Shown here in pieces: positions 19,198-29,418 of a stretch of 64,000 nt of DNA (positions within the stretch are counted from its first letter, which is position 1; the number at the start of each line of letters is the position of its first letter). Below the pieces are notes generated by a model. It saw nothing but the letters and a program-made list of their open reading frames with translations. It was not told the DNA's origin and did not search any database. The stretch is taken from NCBI GenBank assembly GCA_049513715.1, contig JBEKVV010000002.1, positions 224,001 through 288,000 on the forward strand, given 5' to 3'. Position numbers and translations under genes: made by a program. The stretch is from Candidatus Bathyarchaeia archaeon. Its GTDB lineage: Archaea > Thermoproteota > Bathyarchaeia > 40CM-2-53-6.

Positions 19198-20364
19198 TCA
19201 CGTTTTCAAAACGCGTCGGCGTAACATAATTATCGCAACAATCAACACAATCAGGGTTGTCAGCAGGATTTCCGGGGCGTATCTTTCTAGGGCGTTGGGG
19301 TTTGTCTGGGTGGTCGTTGCTGTTGGCGGTGATGATTCGTATGAGATTCGGTAGACTGTTCCGGTGCCATAGTCGGCGACGAGTAGGCCTCCCATGTGGT
19401 CTTCGATCACATCAATGGGATGGTTGAACCCGGTCGCGAACACTACTTCCTGCCCTTCGAATCCATCAGCTCCCTTGTCCAATGGGACTCTGACTATTCG
19501 CTGCCCAATGCTTGGGTCCCCGCCATTTGCCCCCCACTGGGCGATGAACGCATTCCCAACATACTCCGCAGGAAACTGCGTTCCATAATAGAAGGCGAAA
19601 CCATCGGAGGATGAATGGGTCTGAAGAAGGGCGACAGGACCCATGGTTCCACTTCCAGCAGGAGGGGTACCGAAATAGTTCGGAAACCCGTAATCCCCAC
19701 CCTTCACAATGTAATCTAGTTCGTCGGGTGCAGAAGGGTCGTCCGGCCCGTTATCTGTGGCGAATAGGTTTCCTTCGCTATCGAAGGCTAATCCGTAGGG
19801 GTTTCGAAGGCCCTTTGCGAACACTTCAAACTCGCTTCCATCCGGTTTGAATCTCACTATTGTCGCGCTTCTTGGATCACTGCCGTTCGTTCTGTCGCCC
19901 GTCGAGCCAATGCCCATGTAAAGGTATCCGTCTTTTCCGTAGATTATTTCGTCGTTTTGATGTCTCCCCGTTGGTAATCCGCTTAGGATGACCTGAGTTG
20001 AGTTAGAGGCTCCATTCTGGATTGACAGTCGCGCTACGTTCCCAGTATAGGAAATGAACAAAGAGTCGCCAACAATCACGAGGCCCAAGAGGTCTCCAGG
20101 CACCTTTCCGACAAGTAGCGATCCGCTAGGAAAGCCGTCAGACCCGATTGCGAGTTGGATGATTTCCCCGCCTTGTTGAGAAATGTAGAGGTTACCGTCA
20201 GGCCCCCACGTCATAGAGGTCGGGTTTGTGAGTCCGGGGTAGAAAACGTCAATCCTGAAGCCCGGAGGAACAACCAATCCTATTTGAGCGTGAATGGTTG
20301 GCGTCGAGGAGAAGGCTATGCTTAGCAATAGAAACGCCACGGCGCCATACTTGAGTATCCTCAT
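19198..20364 (-). CDS. Membrane-anchored PQQ-dependent sugar (glucose/sorbosone) dehydrogenase-like beta-propeller
   Basis: Signal peptide from ATG 20364; GLRNPYGLAFD, TDNG, DELD, GGDYGFP; C-terminal TM followed by RRRR. Confidence 0.85.
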   Translation of the reverse strand: MRILKYGAVAFLLLSIAFSSTPTIHAQIGLVVPPGFRIDVFYPGLTNPTSMTWGPDGNLYISQQGGEIIQLAIGSDGFPSGSLLVGKVPGDLLGLVIVGDSLFISYTGNVARLSIQNGASNSTQVILSGLPTGRHQNDEIIYGKDGYLYMGIGSTGDRTNGSDPRSATIVRFKPDGSEFEVFAKGLRNPYGLAFDSEGNLFATDNGPDDPSAPDELDYIVKGGDYGFPNYFGTPPAGSGTMGPVALLQTHSSSDGFAFYYGTQFPAEYVGNAFIAQWGANGGDPSIGQRIVRVPLDKGADGFEGQEVVFATGFNHPIDVIEDHMGGLLVADYGTGTVYRISYESSPPTATTTQTNPNALERYAPEILLTTLIVLIVAIIMLRRRVLKT

Positions 20365-20467
20365 GCAATCCTCCCCGTCCAACTCTCCTATGGCTTTGCC
20401 TTTAGATTTGCGGAGGCAAAGAGCGGGCAAGTTGAGTTGATCACGCTGGGCTGCGGGCGATTATGTC

Positions 20468-20821
20468 TTAAACCCGGTTGCTTGTTCTGCGGGGTTTGCG
20501 AAGGAGCTGGAACGTGAAAGAGGCCGCTGCAATTGCCATGAGCAAGACAGCAACTAGGACCAAGAAAGGCACGAGTTGTGCGCAGGCAGCAGGAGGTTCT
20601 GTGGGCGCGTATGTGCTGCAACCACCGTAGGGAGAGTTGAGCTTGACCGATGAAAACGAGGTGGCTACGCTTACACCAACTGCAATTGAGAGGGTGATCA
20701 CTGCCAAGGTCCAAAACAGTAGGCGCAAGTGCGGCACAGAATCAGAATGGACAAAACGTGCAGATACGCATTGCGATTCCTCTTCAATGTGTCGTATCCA
20801 ACTCTCCACTTGTAAGCACAA
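20468..20821 (-). CDS. Small two-TM hypothetical protein (start uncertain)
   Basis: Two hydrophobic helices with a Cys-containing loop and a basic tail. Confidence 0.5.
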   Translation of the reverse strand: MCLQVESWIRHIEEESQCVSARFVHSDSVPHLRLLFWTLAVITLSIAVGVSVATSFSSVKLNSPYGGCSTYAPTEPPAACAQLVPFLVLVAVLLMAIAAASFTFQLLRKPRRTSNRV

Positions 20822-20940
20822 GTGCGGTGTCTGGCCGTCTGAGTTTTCTAAGATTGGATGGGGAAACTATTTGTTTAATATCCCTTCAGCGGTCAGTTGG
20901 ATAAGTCTAATTTGCAGGAAGTCTATCGGCGAGGAGAGAA

Positions 20941-22077
20941 TTGGTAATGTCGAGCAAGAAAGCAGACTTAGCTGGACCGGGCATCGGAAGCTACGAAGAA
21001 CTGGAAAAGATACTGCCGCAAGACTACATGTCCCTTCTGAATCCGAAGGAAACACAGAAGGCTCTTTTCGCTGCGAAGAACTACATCGAGGAGAATCTGT
21101 GCAAAGAACTCAATCTCATGATGGTTCAGGTCCCGCTGATTGTGGATGTCGAGAGCGGCGTCAACGACCTCCTAGATAGAGACGGGTCGAGAACTCCGGT
21201 TCAATTTCACATCTCGAACGATCACAACAAGCACCCGATTGAGGCACAAGTTGTTCAGGCTGCAACGAAATGGAAACGGGTGGCACTGAAGCAGTTCGGC
21301 ATGAAGGTTGGCGAGGGCCTCTGCACGGATATGCGTGCCGTTCGGAAGGACTACTTCCTTGACCACGACCACAGCGCATACGTCGACCAGTGGGACTGGG
21401 AGAAGGTGGTCAGCGCAGACCAACGCAACTTAGACAACTTGAAGGGCACTGTTAGGAGAATCTGGAAGGTCCTTACGGGGGCAGAGAAACATGTTCAGAA
21501 GCTGTACCCACAACTGAAGACCTCCAAGTTCCCGAGTCTGCCTGAGGAGCTCAGGTTCCTACACGCCGAAGACATCCTCGACATGTACCCAGACCTCCCG
21601 AGAAAGCAACGCGAAACAGCCGTTCTGCAGAAGTATCCAGCAATTTTCATCATCGGCGTGGGTTGGACTTTGAAAGATGGATATCCGCATGAACTTCGGG
21701 CGGCTGATTACGATGACTGGGTCACCGAAACCAAATCTGAGGACGGGCGACCCATGCATGGCCTCAACGGTGACATCTTAGTCTGGAATCCTGTCACAAA
21801 ACGTCGGCACGAACTGACCTCGATGGGTATACGAGTGAATGCGGACACACTCAAGAAGCAACTGGAAATCACGGGCCAACTTGATTTCCTGAAACTCCCA
21901 TACCACCAAGGCATTGTCAACAACACGCTTCCACTCAGCATTGGGGGCGGAATCGGTCAATCACGAACCTTTATGGCGCTTCTGAAGAAGGCACACTTGG
22001 GCGAAGTCAGCGTAACCGTTTGGCCAAAGATTCTCAAAGACCTGTGTAACAAGAAGAACATTCACGTCCTCGAATAG
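20941..22077 (+). CDS. asnA: Aspartate--ammonia ligase (AsnA type)
   Basis: SGVND, KWKR, GEGLCTDMRAVRKD, HSAYVDQWDWEK, RAADYDDW, SMGIRV, IGGGIGQSR. Confidence 0.93.
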   Translation: MVMSSKKADLAGPGIGSYEELEKILPQDYMSLLNPKETQKALFAAKNYIEENLCKELNLMMVQVPLIVDVESGVNDLLDRDGSRTPVQFHISNDHNKHPIEAQVVQAATKWKRVALKQFGMKVGEGLCTDMRAVRKDYFLDHDHSAYVDQWDWEKVVSADQRNLDNLKGTVRRIWKVLTGAEKHVQKLYPQLKTSKFPSLPEELRFLHAEDILDMYPDLPRKQRETAVLQKYPAIFIIGVGWTLKDGYPHELRAADYDDWVTETKSEDGRPMHGLNGDILVWNPVTKRRHELTSMGIRVNADTLKKQLEITGQLDFLKLPYHQGIVNNTLPLSIGGGIGQSRTFMALLKKAHLGEVSVTVWPKILKDLCNKKNIHVLE

Positions 22078-22092
22078 GCTGAGCTGTTCTGC

Positions 22093-22347
22093 ATGAGAAC
22101 AAGGGACGTAATCCTCGCCGCTATCATTGGAGTCGCAATTACAGTTATCACTGGACTGATTGACCACACCCCACCCAACTTGGTCGGCGCAAGCCACTAC
22201 GGATATCCCTTTCACTGGCTGTCGAGATTGATCATTGCGCCACAGTACTTCCCGTGGGCCGTCAACACAGGAAACCTTGTCATAGACATAGTCCTCTGGT
22301 CCATCCTTGCGGGAATCGTGCTCATCCTTCTGAAAAGAAAGCGCTGA
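22093..22347 (+). CDS. Small membrane protein
   Basis: Two TM helices with YGYPF..L loop, ends KRKR. Confidence 0.7.
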   Translation: MRTRDVILAAIIGVAITVITGLIDHTPPNLVGASHYGYPFHWLSRLIIAPQYFPWAVNTGNLVIDIVLWSILAGIVLILLKRKR

Positions 22348-22367
22348 GCCCTCTACAAGGCTAGAAG

Positions 22368-24761
22368 CTACATCCCGAAAGCGTGGAATCGTTTACTCGT
22401 CTCCGCCATCTCGGTAAGTCGCTTATCAACGAGGTCGAACACTGAGTCCTTTTCAAACGTTCCGTCTGGCAGTCTTTTCCCTGCGGGTTTTCCTGTCAGG
22501 ACCTCTATTCCTTCGTCGATGGTTTTTACGGGGTAGATGTGAAATTTCCCTGCATTTACAGCCTCGACAACCTCTTTCTTGAGCATGAGATTCCGGACGT
22601 TGCTCTCCGGAATCATCGCGCCATGCTTCCCGTTTAGGCCTCTGGATTTGCAAACTTCGAAATATCCTTCCAGTTTTTCGTTGACCCCACCGATCGGTTG
22701 GACCTCACCCTTCTGGTTGACCGAGCCGGTGATAGCGAAGGTTTGCTTGATTGGAACCCCTGAAAGCTCGGAAAGTATTGCATACAGTTCGGTGCTGGAG
22801 GCGCTGTCTCCTTCTACGCCCTCGTAATTTTGCTCGAAAACGATTCGAGCGGACAAAGTAAGGGGCTTATCGCGGGCGAACTTCGAGGCCAGATATCCTG
22901 CAATTATCATCACGCCCTTCCCATGGATGGGCCCACTCATGTTCACTTCCCGTTGAACATCAATCAGCCCTTCCTTTCCCAGCCCAACAGCTACGGTAAT
23001 TCTAGAAGGAGCACCAAAGGAAAAGTCACCTAAACTCAGGACCGAGAGACCGTTGATTTGGCCTACTGCTTCGCCGTCTGTTGAGATGAAGATTATTCCG
23101 CGGTCAATGTACTCGCGCAATTTCTCCTGAATCAAGTTCGAACGGTAGATCTTGGCTTCAATTGCTTTCTCAACATGAGCTCCAGTAATGTACTTTGAGT
23201 TATCTTGAAGGGCATAGAAGTTGGCTTCACGTGCAACATCGGCGACTATCCCAAATTGGGTTGACAACTTGTCCTGGTCGTCGGCTAATCTGCAACTGTG
23301 TTCAAGCAGCCTAGAGATTGCGGTGGCGTCGGAGTGTTTGAGGTTCTCGTTCAAAGCCAACGTCGTGAAGAAGCCGGCGTAGTTTCGCAGGTTCGCATCA
23401 GTCCTATCCATTGTAGAGTCCCAATCGGCCTTTACCTTGAAAAGTTCCCTGAACTCAGGGTCGTACGCGAACAGCACCTGGTACGTGCGCGAATCTCCTA
23501 TTAGGACAACTTTCATATCCAAAGGAATTGGCTTGGGCGTGAGGCTCCTAATGCTCGCATATCCGACCCTCTGCGGCAAATCCTCAACAAGAATCTCCTG
23601 AGATTTCAGGGCACGCTTCAGGCCTTCGTAGACGTTCAAGTCCCGCAGTAGCTGCTCTGCACGTATGATGAGAAATCCTCCGTTAGCTCTATGTATGGAG
23701 CCACCGCGAATCAACGTGAAATCAGTGCTCAAAGTACCGAGCTGGCTCTCTTTCTCAATCCGGCCGAGAAGGTTATCGAAAGTGGGGTTCTGTTCTACAA
23801 CAACCGGGGCGCCTTTCAAGTTCGAATTGTCAGCGACCACGTTAACGTCGTAAACACGAAACGCCATTTCCTCAAGCCACGCGGACTGGGGCAATTCTTC
23901 CTTCTTCTCTCCGGTGCGGCCCCGAAACTTGTCGAAGTCGGCAACTATTTGGCTCTGGATTTCCTTCAAGAAATTCGTGATCTCCTCATGACCCTTGTAC
24001 TTCTCCAAAAGGCTTGACATCAGATGCTCGATGACATACAGGGCCACTTCCTTGTCGAATTTGGCGACTTCATCGTGGGCCTTCGTCTCCAAGTCCCGCA
24101 GCTCTCTGACAAACGGCGTGAGCTTGTCCTTCAAATCCTCTCGTTTCTGTGTGAGTTTCTGTTGCGTATCTTTGGGAAGTGCGAGGAACTCGTCTTCAGT
24201 CAGTGGATGGTCCTTGATGACTGGGACCAATGATATGCCGAAGGCCGTGAGTTGCATTGTGAAGCCCTCACTTTGGGCTGTGTGGGCCATTTGCGCAATG
24301 CTGTCCTGGCGTTTCTGGTTCACTTTCTTTAGGATTCCATCGCGCTTGGTTGTGTAATCGTCCCCCTCGAACAGCTGCGGAATGGCGATTCGGGCCGCCT
24401 GCACTACCTCGCGTAGGTCTTGTTTGAGTTGTCTTCCCAAACCGGCTGGGCAGCGAAGTGTCTTGGGCTCGTATTCATTCGCGAAATTGTGCACGTAGCA
24501 CCAGTCAGATGGTGTAGGCATCTTTCGAGCTATGTCCTCGAGGAAGTCCGTTGTGGTTGTTGTTTTACCCGTTCCTTGAGGGCCTGCCGCGAATATGTTG
24601 AATCCTTGCTCTTTCGTTTGGAAACCAAACATTAGGGCCTGGTAGGCTCGGGGTTGGCCGACCATTACCTCAAGAGGTTTCAGTTCCTCCGTGGTTTTCG
24701 CAGCAATAATCTTAGGATCGCACGTCCACCGCAGTTTCTCGGTTGAGAGTTCAGAGACCAA
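22368..24761 (-). CDS. Lon-like ATP-dependent protease (soluble LonC/AAA_32 type)
   Basis: GPQGTGKT, DWCYVHNF, coiled-coil insert, HRANGGFL, EGDSAS (Ser) and GGVNEK (Lys) dyad. Confidence 0.9.
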   Translation of the reverse strand: MVSELSTEKLRWTCDPKIIAAKTTEELKPLEVMVGQPRAYQALMFGFQTKEQGFNIFAAGPQGTGKTTTTTDFLEDIARKMPTPSDWCYVHNFANEYEPKTLRCPAGLGRQLKQDLREVVQAARIAIPQLFEGDDYTTKRDGILKKVNQKRQDSIAQMAHTAQSEGFTMQLTAFGISLVPVIKDHPLTEDEFLALPKDTQQKLTQKREDLKDKLTPFVRELRDLETKAHDEVAKFDKEVALYVIEHLMSSLLEKYKGHEEITNFLKEIQSQIVADFDKFRGRTGEKKEELPQSAWLEEMAFRVYDVNVVADNSNLKGAPVVVEQNPTFDNLLGRIEKESQLGTLSTDFTLIRGGSIHRANGGFLIIRAEQLLRDLNVYEGLKRALKSQEILVEDLPQRVGYASIRSLTPKPIPLDMKVVLIGDSRTYQVLFAYDPEFRELFKVKADWDSTMDRTDANLRNYAGFFTTLALNENLKHSDATAISRLLEHSCRLADDQDKLSTQFGIVADVAREANFYALQDNSKYITGAHVEKAIEAKIYRSNLIQEKLREYIDRGIIFISTDGEAVGQINGLSVLSLGDFSFGAPSRITVAVGLGKEGLIDVQREVNMSGPIHGKGVMIIAGYLASKFARDKPLTLSARIVFEQNYEGVEGDSASSTELYAILSELSGVPIKQTFAITGSVNQKGEVQPIGGVNEKLEGYFEVCKSRGLNGKHGAMIPESNVRNLMLKKEVVEAVNAGKFHIYPVKTIDEGIEVLTGKPAGKRLPDGTFEKDSVFDLVDKRLTEMAETSKRFHAFGM

Positions 24762-24846
24762 TTGGGGTCGTCAAGCTTCCGACCAAGGAAGCTAATTACC
24801 TTTTCCCGTGGGAAAACCGGTTCGCCAGAAGCCTGAATTGTTCAGC

Positions 24847-25188
24847 TCAGGCCAGCGTCATTTGCTGGATGTCGTCGACCTTCACAGGTCTATGAGTCTT
24901 GGGGTTTATCCAGATGAATGGATCCTCCCAGCGGTCTGTAAGTTCTATTCTCACCGAGTGGTTGCATTGGGGGCATCGGGGCCCTCTTGCTTCGAAGATC
25001 GTGTGTGGGCATTGGCAATCGCAGTCTACTCGTTCGAGTACTAATCTTCGGCCTTCATACCTGCCGATTCGTGGTGGCGCGCAAGCCTCACACAAGAGTC
25101 CAACTTCCAGGTCGAAGCTGGGTCTCTTCGGCTTATACGCAGGAGAGATGAGTGAATGTGATTCGGTTGCAGTCTTAATGAGCTCCAC
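24847..25188 (-). CDS. Cys-rich hypothetical protein (possible Zn finger)
   Basis: CEAC, CDCQCPH, CPQC; overlaps the helicase 3' end by 14 nt. Confidence 0.65.
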   Translation of the reverse strand: MELIKTATESHSLISPAYKPKRPSFDLEVGLLCEACAPPRIGRYEGRRLVLERVDCDCQCPHTIFEARGPRCPQCNHSVRIELTDRWEDPFIWINPKTHRPVKVDDIQQMTLA

Positions 25189-27298
25189 TTTGGCTGGCGG
25201 TTGGGCCTTCCATGCGCAATCCGTAACGCTCCCGAATCTTGTCCGCCAACTTTCTCATGTCAAACCCGAAAACGTCTTTCAACTCATCTAAGTTGAGTTC
25301 TTCGCTCTCAGCAATGTCGCTTACCGTGATATCCTTGAAGAGTTTCCGTTTTCGTTCCAGTACATCGCGCACATGCTCTTCCACGGTACCCTTGACGATG
25401 AAATTTACTGCAAGGACTTTGTTGGGTTGTCCAATCCGGTGCAAACGAGCGATGCGCTGTTGAAGTCGGGCAGGATTCCAAGGTAAGTCGTAATTCACGA
25501 CGACATCGGCGGCCTGAAGGTTCAACCCGAACTGCCCTGCATCAGTGCTGGCTAGGACGCATGAGTCTGGCTGCTCAATGAACTGCTTCAAGTGCTTAGT
25601 ACGGTCGTCGCCGGAGAGTTGGCCGTGGTAGACCAACGTTTCAATGCCCTCGTTCATCAATTCGTCGTGGATCAGCTTCACTACTGGAACAAATTGGGAG
25701 AAGACCACTAACTTGTGGCCTTGCTCCGTGAAATCCTTCACCAACTCCTTCAATTCCACGAGCTTAGCGTTCTCGGGTTCTAGCTTGTCAATTACGCGCA
25801 TTAGGCGTTTGAAGATTCGAGATTCTCGTAGGGCAATCGCGTCTTCACTGTCCTCGCGTTGTTTGCGGTGGAGGTAACCTGCTATCATGCTGATGTCGGC
25901 GCATGCCTCGCGCAAAAGCGTGTAGAGCCTTATTCGGTTTCGAGTAAATGGGTTGGCTCCTCCTTTGTCGCTGGCGCTGAACGCATATTCCTCGACGATT
26001 GTTTCGCCGAGGCTTGCTTGGAGAATATCGTAGATCTTCTTCTGGTTTCGCGCTGGCTCCGTGTAAACGTACTGCATTGTCAACGACGGCAACTGCTTCA
26101 ATACCTGCGCTTTTGTCCGTCGTATGGATATGAGGCGAAGTTGCTTCCTAAGCTCGGGAAGAGTTTCCAAGTTTACGAAGGGACGGGACGCCTCCCAACC
26201 CTGCCCATGAAGTCTCAATGTGTACCGGGCAAGGAAATCCTCACTGTACCTGCCGAAGAAACCTGGCTTCACAATGTTGACGATGTTGTAGAGCTCGCCG
26301 AGATGGTTCTCCAACGGAGTTCCTGTGAGCGCAATGACATTCCTCACGATGAGTTTCTTTACTGCCTCGCTGGTTTGTGTGTCCCAATTCTTGACCCGGG
26401 TAACCTCGTCAAGGATCACGCTGTCGAAGTCTTTTTGAAGAATGAGCTCGAGGTCGGTACGCAGGAGTTCGTAGTTCATTACGACTAGCGGGTTGCTGTA
26501 GAGTCCCATCCGCTCTTTCAAGTGGGCTCTTGAGGTAACGAGGGTTGATTCCAGGTTGAACTTCTCCACCAACTCCTCACGCCACTGCTCAGTAACAGCG
26601 TTGGGGGCAACAATGAGCGCCCTGGAGGCTTTCTTTCTCCTGACCAGCTCCAGTAGGGCTGTTGTAGCTGTGATCGTCTTCCCCAGCCCCATTTCGTCGA
26701 ACAGGCAAGCCCGGCCGTCATTCTGTAGAATAAAATCAACTGCCTTCTGTTGAAACGGGTACAACGTGACATTGATTCTCCGCGGGGCGCGGATTTTGCT
26801 CAACGGCATGCGTCCATGTGGAAAGTTCCTGAGGTTGACTCGAAGTCCTTCTCGCTCGAACGCATCCTTGGCGAACCTGAACGACCCTGCTTGCCGAAGG
26901 CGGTAAGCGTCGTAGTAAGGGCTCCAAACAACATACGTTTTCAAAGTTCGCTCGTCAAGCATATCGCTCAACGAATCATTCCGAACCGTCCTAACCCAAA
27001 CGAAACCAGCCGGATCATACTCGAACTCGACAGCCCTATGCTCGCGAATCAGTTTCAGGGCTTGGGGTGAAAACTCCAGCCTAAGGCCTGCTTCCCGGTA
27101 GGTTTCCTCAGCCAACTTCGGATTGAGGGTTACCGGGTAGCGAAAGAAACCGTCTTTGAGAGGTGTAATGCTCGTGAGCGAACCAAAGCCCGGTTGGGGT
27201 ACATGTAGGTCAGGCGTTACCCTAAATGACGGGTCCACTGTGACGCGTCGCAGCCTCGCACGCCGCACCATGCCTTCCGGCTTTGTCCCTCTTTCCAA
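25175..27298 (-). CDS. SNF2-family SF2 helicase/ATPase
   Basis: DEMGLGKT, ILDEVTRVKN, LTGTPLEN, VVFSQF, GLNLQ, DLPWNP, QRIARLHRIGQ. Confidence 0.92.
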   Translation of the reverse strand: MERGTKPEGMVRRARLRRVTVDPSFRVTPDLHVPQPGFGSLTSITPLKDGFFRYPVTLNPKLAEETYREAGLRLEFSPQALKLIREHRAVEFEYDPAGFVWVRTVRNDSLSDMLDERTLKTYVVWSPYYDAYRLRQAGSFRFAKDAFEREGLRVNLRNFPHGRMPLSKIRAPRRINVTLYPFQQKAVDFILQNDGRACLFDEMGLGKTITATTALLELVRRKKASRALIVAPNAVTEQWREELVEKFNLESTLVTSRAHLKERMGLYSNPLVVMNYELLRTDLELILQKDFDSVILDEVTRVKNWDTQTSEAVKKLIVRNVIALTGTPLENHLGELYNIVNIVKPGFFGRYSEDFLARYTLRLHGQGWEASRPFVNLETLPELRKQLRLISIRRTKAQVLKQLPSLTMQYVYTEPARNQKKIYDILQASLGETIVEEYAFSASDKGGANPFTRNRIRLYTLLREACADISMIAGYLHRKQREDSEDAIALRESRIFKRLMRVIDKLEPENAKLVELKELVKDFTEQGHKLVVFSQFVPVVKLIHDELMNEGIETLVYHGQLSGDDRTKHLKQFIEQPDSCVLASTDAGQFGLNLQAADVVVNYDLPWNPARLQQRIARLHRIGQPNKVLAVNFIVKGTVEEHVRDVLERKRKLFKDITVSDIAESEELNLDELKDVFGFDMRKLADKIRERYGLRMEGPTASQSGAH

Positions 27299-27583
27299 CC
27301 CGTACCCTCAACTTGACCTTTCGGAAAACCCGGTGGTATTCAGGAACCAGAATATGAGCATCGCGAAAGCTACGTAACACCTTTTTTTTCACGGACAAAC
27401 CCAAAACCAACCCCAAACCTGAATTCAGCCAAGAAATCAAACGGTCCAGCGACCCAGCGTCCCGTCAACGTATGGGCAAATGGCCGACAACAACTCCGCG
27501 ACTTACCCGTCCCCACAAAAGTCAGCCCCCCGGCCCCCATCAAGCGTGCGGGCAAACGAAAACTGAGGGGGAAAAGTGGCAGG

Positions 27584-28804
27584 TCAAGAACTCTTCGTCT
27601 GTTCCTCAGGCGGCTTAACTTTCCGAAATACACCATAGACGAGGAAATCGTAAGCCAGCTTAAAAGTGCCCGCGAAAACAAACGGGCTTCCAACCCAAAT
27701 GCTCGCTATGGCGTATCCAGCAAATGATGGGCTTACGGAGGATGCGACGCTTCTGGAAACGTTTGTGAAACCCGCAGCCGCCGTTCTATCCGACTCATCA
27801 ACAATCGCCATCACGTACGACTGCCTCGCTGGAACATCCATCTGCGACAGCGAATGCCTGCACAGCAGAAGAGCAACTGCCCCGGCCGCGGACGGGGCGA
27901 ACGGGAGGGCGGTTAGGAAAATGTTTGATGGAATGTGGGTGAAGACCATGGTCTTCAGCAAACCAATGCGTCTCGCAATTCTCGGAGAGAGCAGGAAGGA
28001 CGCAGCCGTTACCAGCTGAGTTGAGGCTATAATCAGCCCGATTGACTCAAGCTGCAAGCCAAACCTCAAGAAAAAGAAGTAACCAATGATACTCGTGCCA
28101 ATGAATCCACCACCGAACGAGTCGATTGAAAAGATAGCAGACAACTTCGCAACAATTGACCTAGATTTTTCCGACAATACTTGACGTTTTGGCACGCGCG
28201 CCGCAACCGCGACCTCAACGCTCTTGGACAATTTGGAATAGACGACGCCGCCCACCAGACCTGAAGCCAAGTAGGCGAGGAAGAGTGGACGATAGGCTTC
28301 CAACCCGGATCCGAAGTATTGTGGTATCCCAACCAGCAATGCTCCTGCGGCAGAAGAGGCGTAACCAACTAGGTTGTATACGCTGAAGGCCAACGTTCTG
28401 TGTTTAGAATCGCAAGTCTGAGGGAGAATAGCCTGCTCTAGTGACAGGAAGGGCCCAACCTCGCCTGCGCCCACAGTCATGTTTCCCACGATTCCAGCGA
28501 TTATTGGTGACCACCAGGCACTGGATAGGAACAGCACACTTCCCGCAACGAAGTCCATCATCGCGAAGAAGATGAGGGTTTGCTTCCGCCCTATCCGGTC
28601 CGCAATGAAACTGATTATGAAGGTGTAGAATGAGCTAGTGAACACAGTTACCGTCAGAACAACTCCGATCGCGAAGACGCTGAGCCCTAACTTGTCCATG
28701 TAGACTGCGTACAAGGCTCCGAGAAAACCGTAGGGAACCGTTCGGACGCATTTCTCAGCAAACACAAGCTTGCCGTCACCGTTGATCCATTTGCCGTAAT
28801 CCAA
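27584..28804 (-). CDS. MFS transporter
   Basis: 12 TM; ADRIGRK, GPFLSLEQ, SQMDVPARQSY. Confidence 0.9.
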   Translation of the reverse strand: MDYGKWINGDGKLVFAEKCVRTVPYGFLGALYAVYMDKLGLSVFAIGVVLTVTVFTSSFYTFIISFIADRIGRKQTLIFFAMMDFVAGSVLFLSSAWWSPIIAGIVGNMTVGAGEVGPFLSLEQAILPQTCDSKHRTLAFSVYNLVGYASSAAGALLVGIPQYFGSGLEAYRPLFLAYLASGLVGGVVYSKLSKSVEVAVAARVPKRQVLSEKSRSIVAKLSAIFSIDSFGGGFIGTSIIGYFFFLRFGLQLESIGLIIASTQLVTAASFLLSPRIARRIGLLKTMVFTHIPSNIFLTALPFAPSAAGAVALLLCRHSLSQMDVPARQSYVMAIVDESDRTAAAGFTNVSRSVASSVSPSFAGYAIASIWVGSPFVFAGTFKLAYDFLVYGVFRKVKPPEEQTKSS

Positions 28805-28891
28805 ACTGGAGCTCCTCCCTCTAATCTAGGAAACCTGCGCCGAGCATTAATGCTACGAGGCCTGCCCTGCATGATTCCTAATCTGTTTTTC

Positions 28892-29362
28892 CTATTTTCT
28901 GACAGAGTGCTCTAGCGAACCTGCGTGCTCAAGTTTCCAGAGGCAGTAACTGTAAAGGGCATCGTAAAAGGGGAACTGGAGTCGCATATTCTCAAAGTCA
29001 TCCCTGGCCATTTGCCTGAAACCTAGGGCCGCAGCCTCAAGCCCGACTGATTTTGGTGGCGCATCCGCAATGTCAGCATCCGCTCCCCTAACAATCTCGG
29101 CCAACTCATCCAGTGCCTTGTCTCTGATTTTGTATTTCTTGATGATCGCGTCGAAGCTCACGCATTTCCTTCCATTCTCTTCGTAATGTGTCAGCTCAAC
29201 TCCAGGAGTATCGAAAGGCGTTGCGTTCTCTTTCTTCGCCATCTCCAGAACCTGTTCTTTCGGAACGAACAGGAATTCTGCGTCTTTGTCAACGAATTTC
29301 TTGATTAGCCATGGACAGGCGATTCGGTCAACTTGGGCTTTTTCGCGTGTAATCCATTTCAC
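28892..29362 (-). CDS. Chromate resistance ChrB C-terminal domain protein
   Basis: MKWITRE..VDRIACPWLIKKFVD, SFDA, IVRGAD, YDALY. Confidence 0.85.
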   Translation of the reverse strand: MKWITREKAQVDRIACPWLIKKFVDKDAEFLFVPKEQVLEMAKKENATPFDTPGVELTHYEENGRKCVSFDAIIKKYKIRDKALDELAEIVRGADADIADAPPKSVGLEAAALGFRQMARDDFENMRLQFPFYDALYSYCLWKLEHAGSLEHSVRK

Positions 29363-29418
29363 TGAGATTCCCTGAATGGAGATAATCAGGGATCATTGTA
29401 CTGATTTAAGTACGAGGC

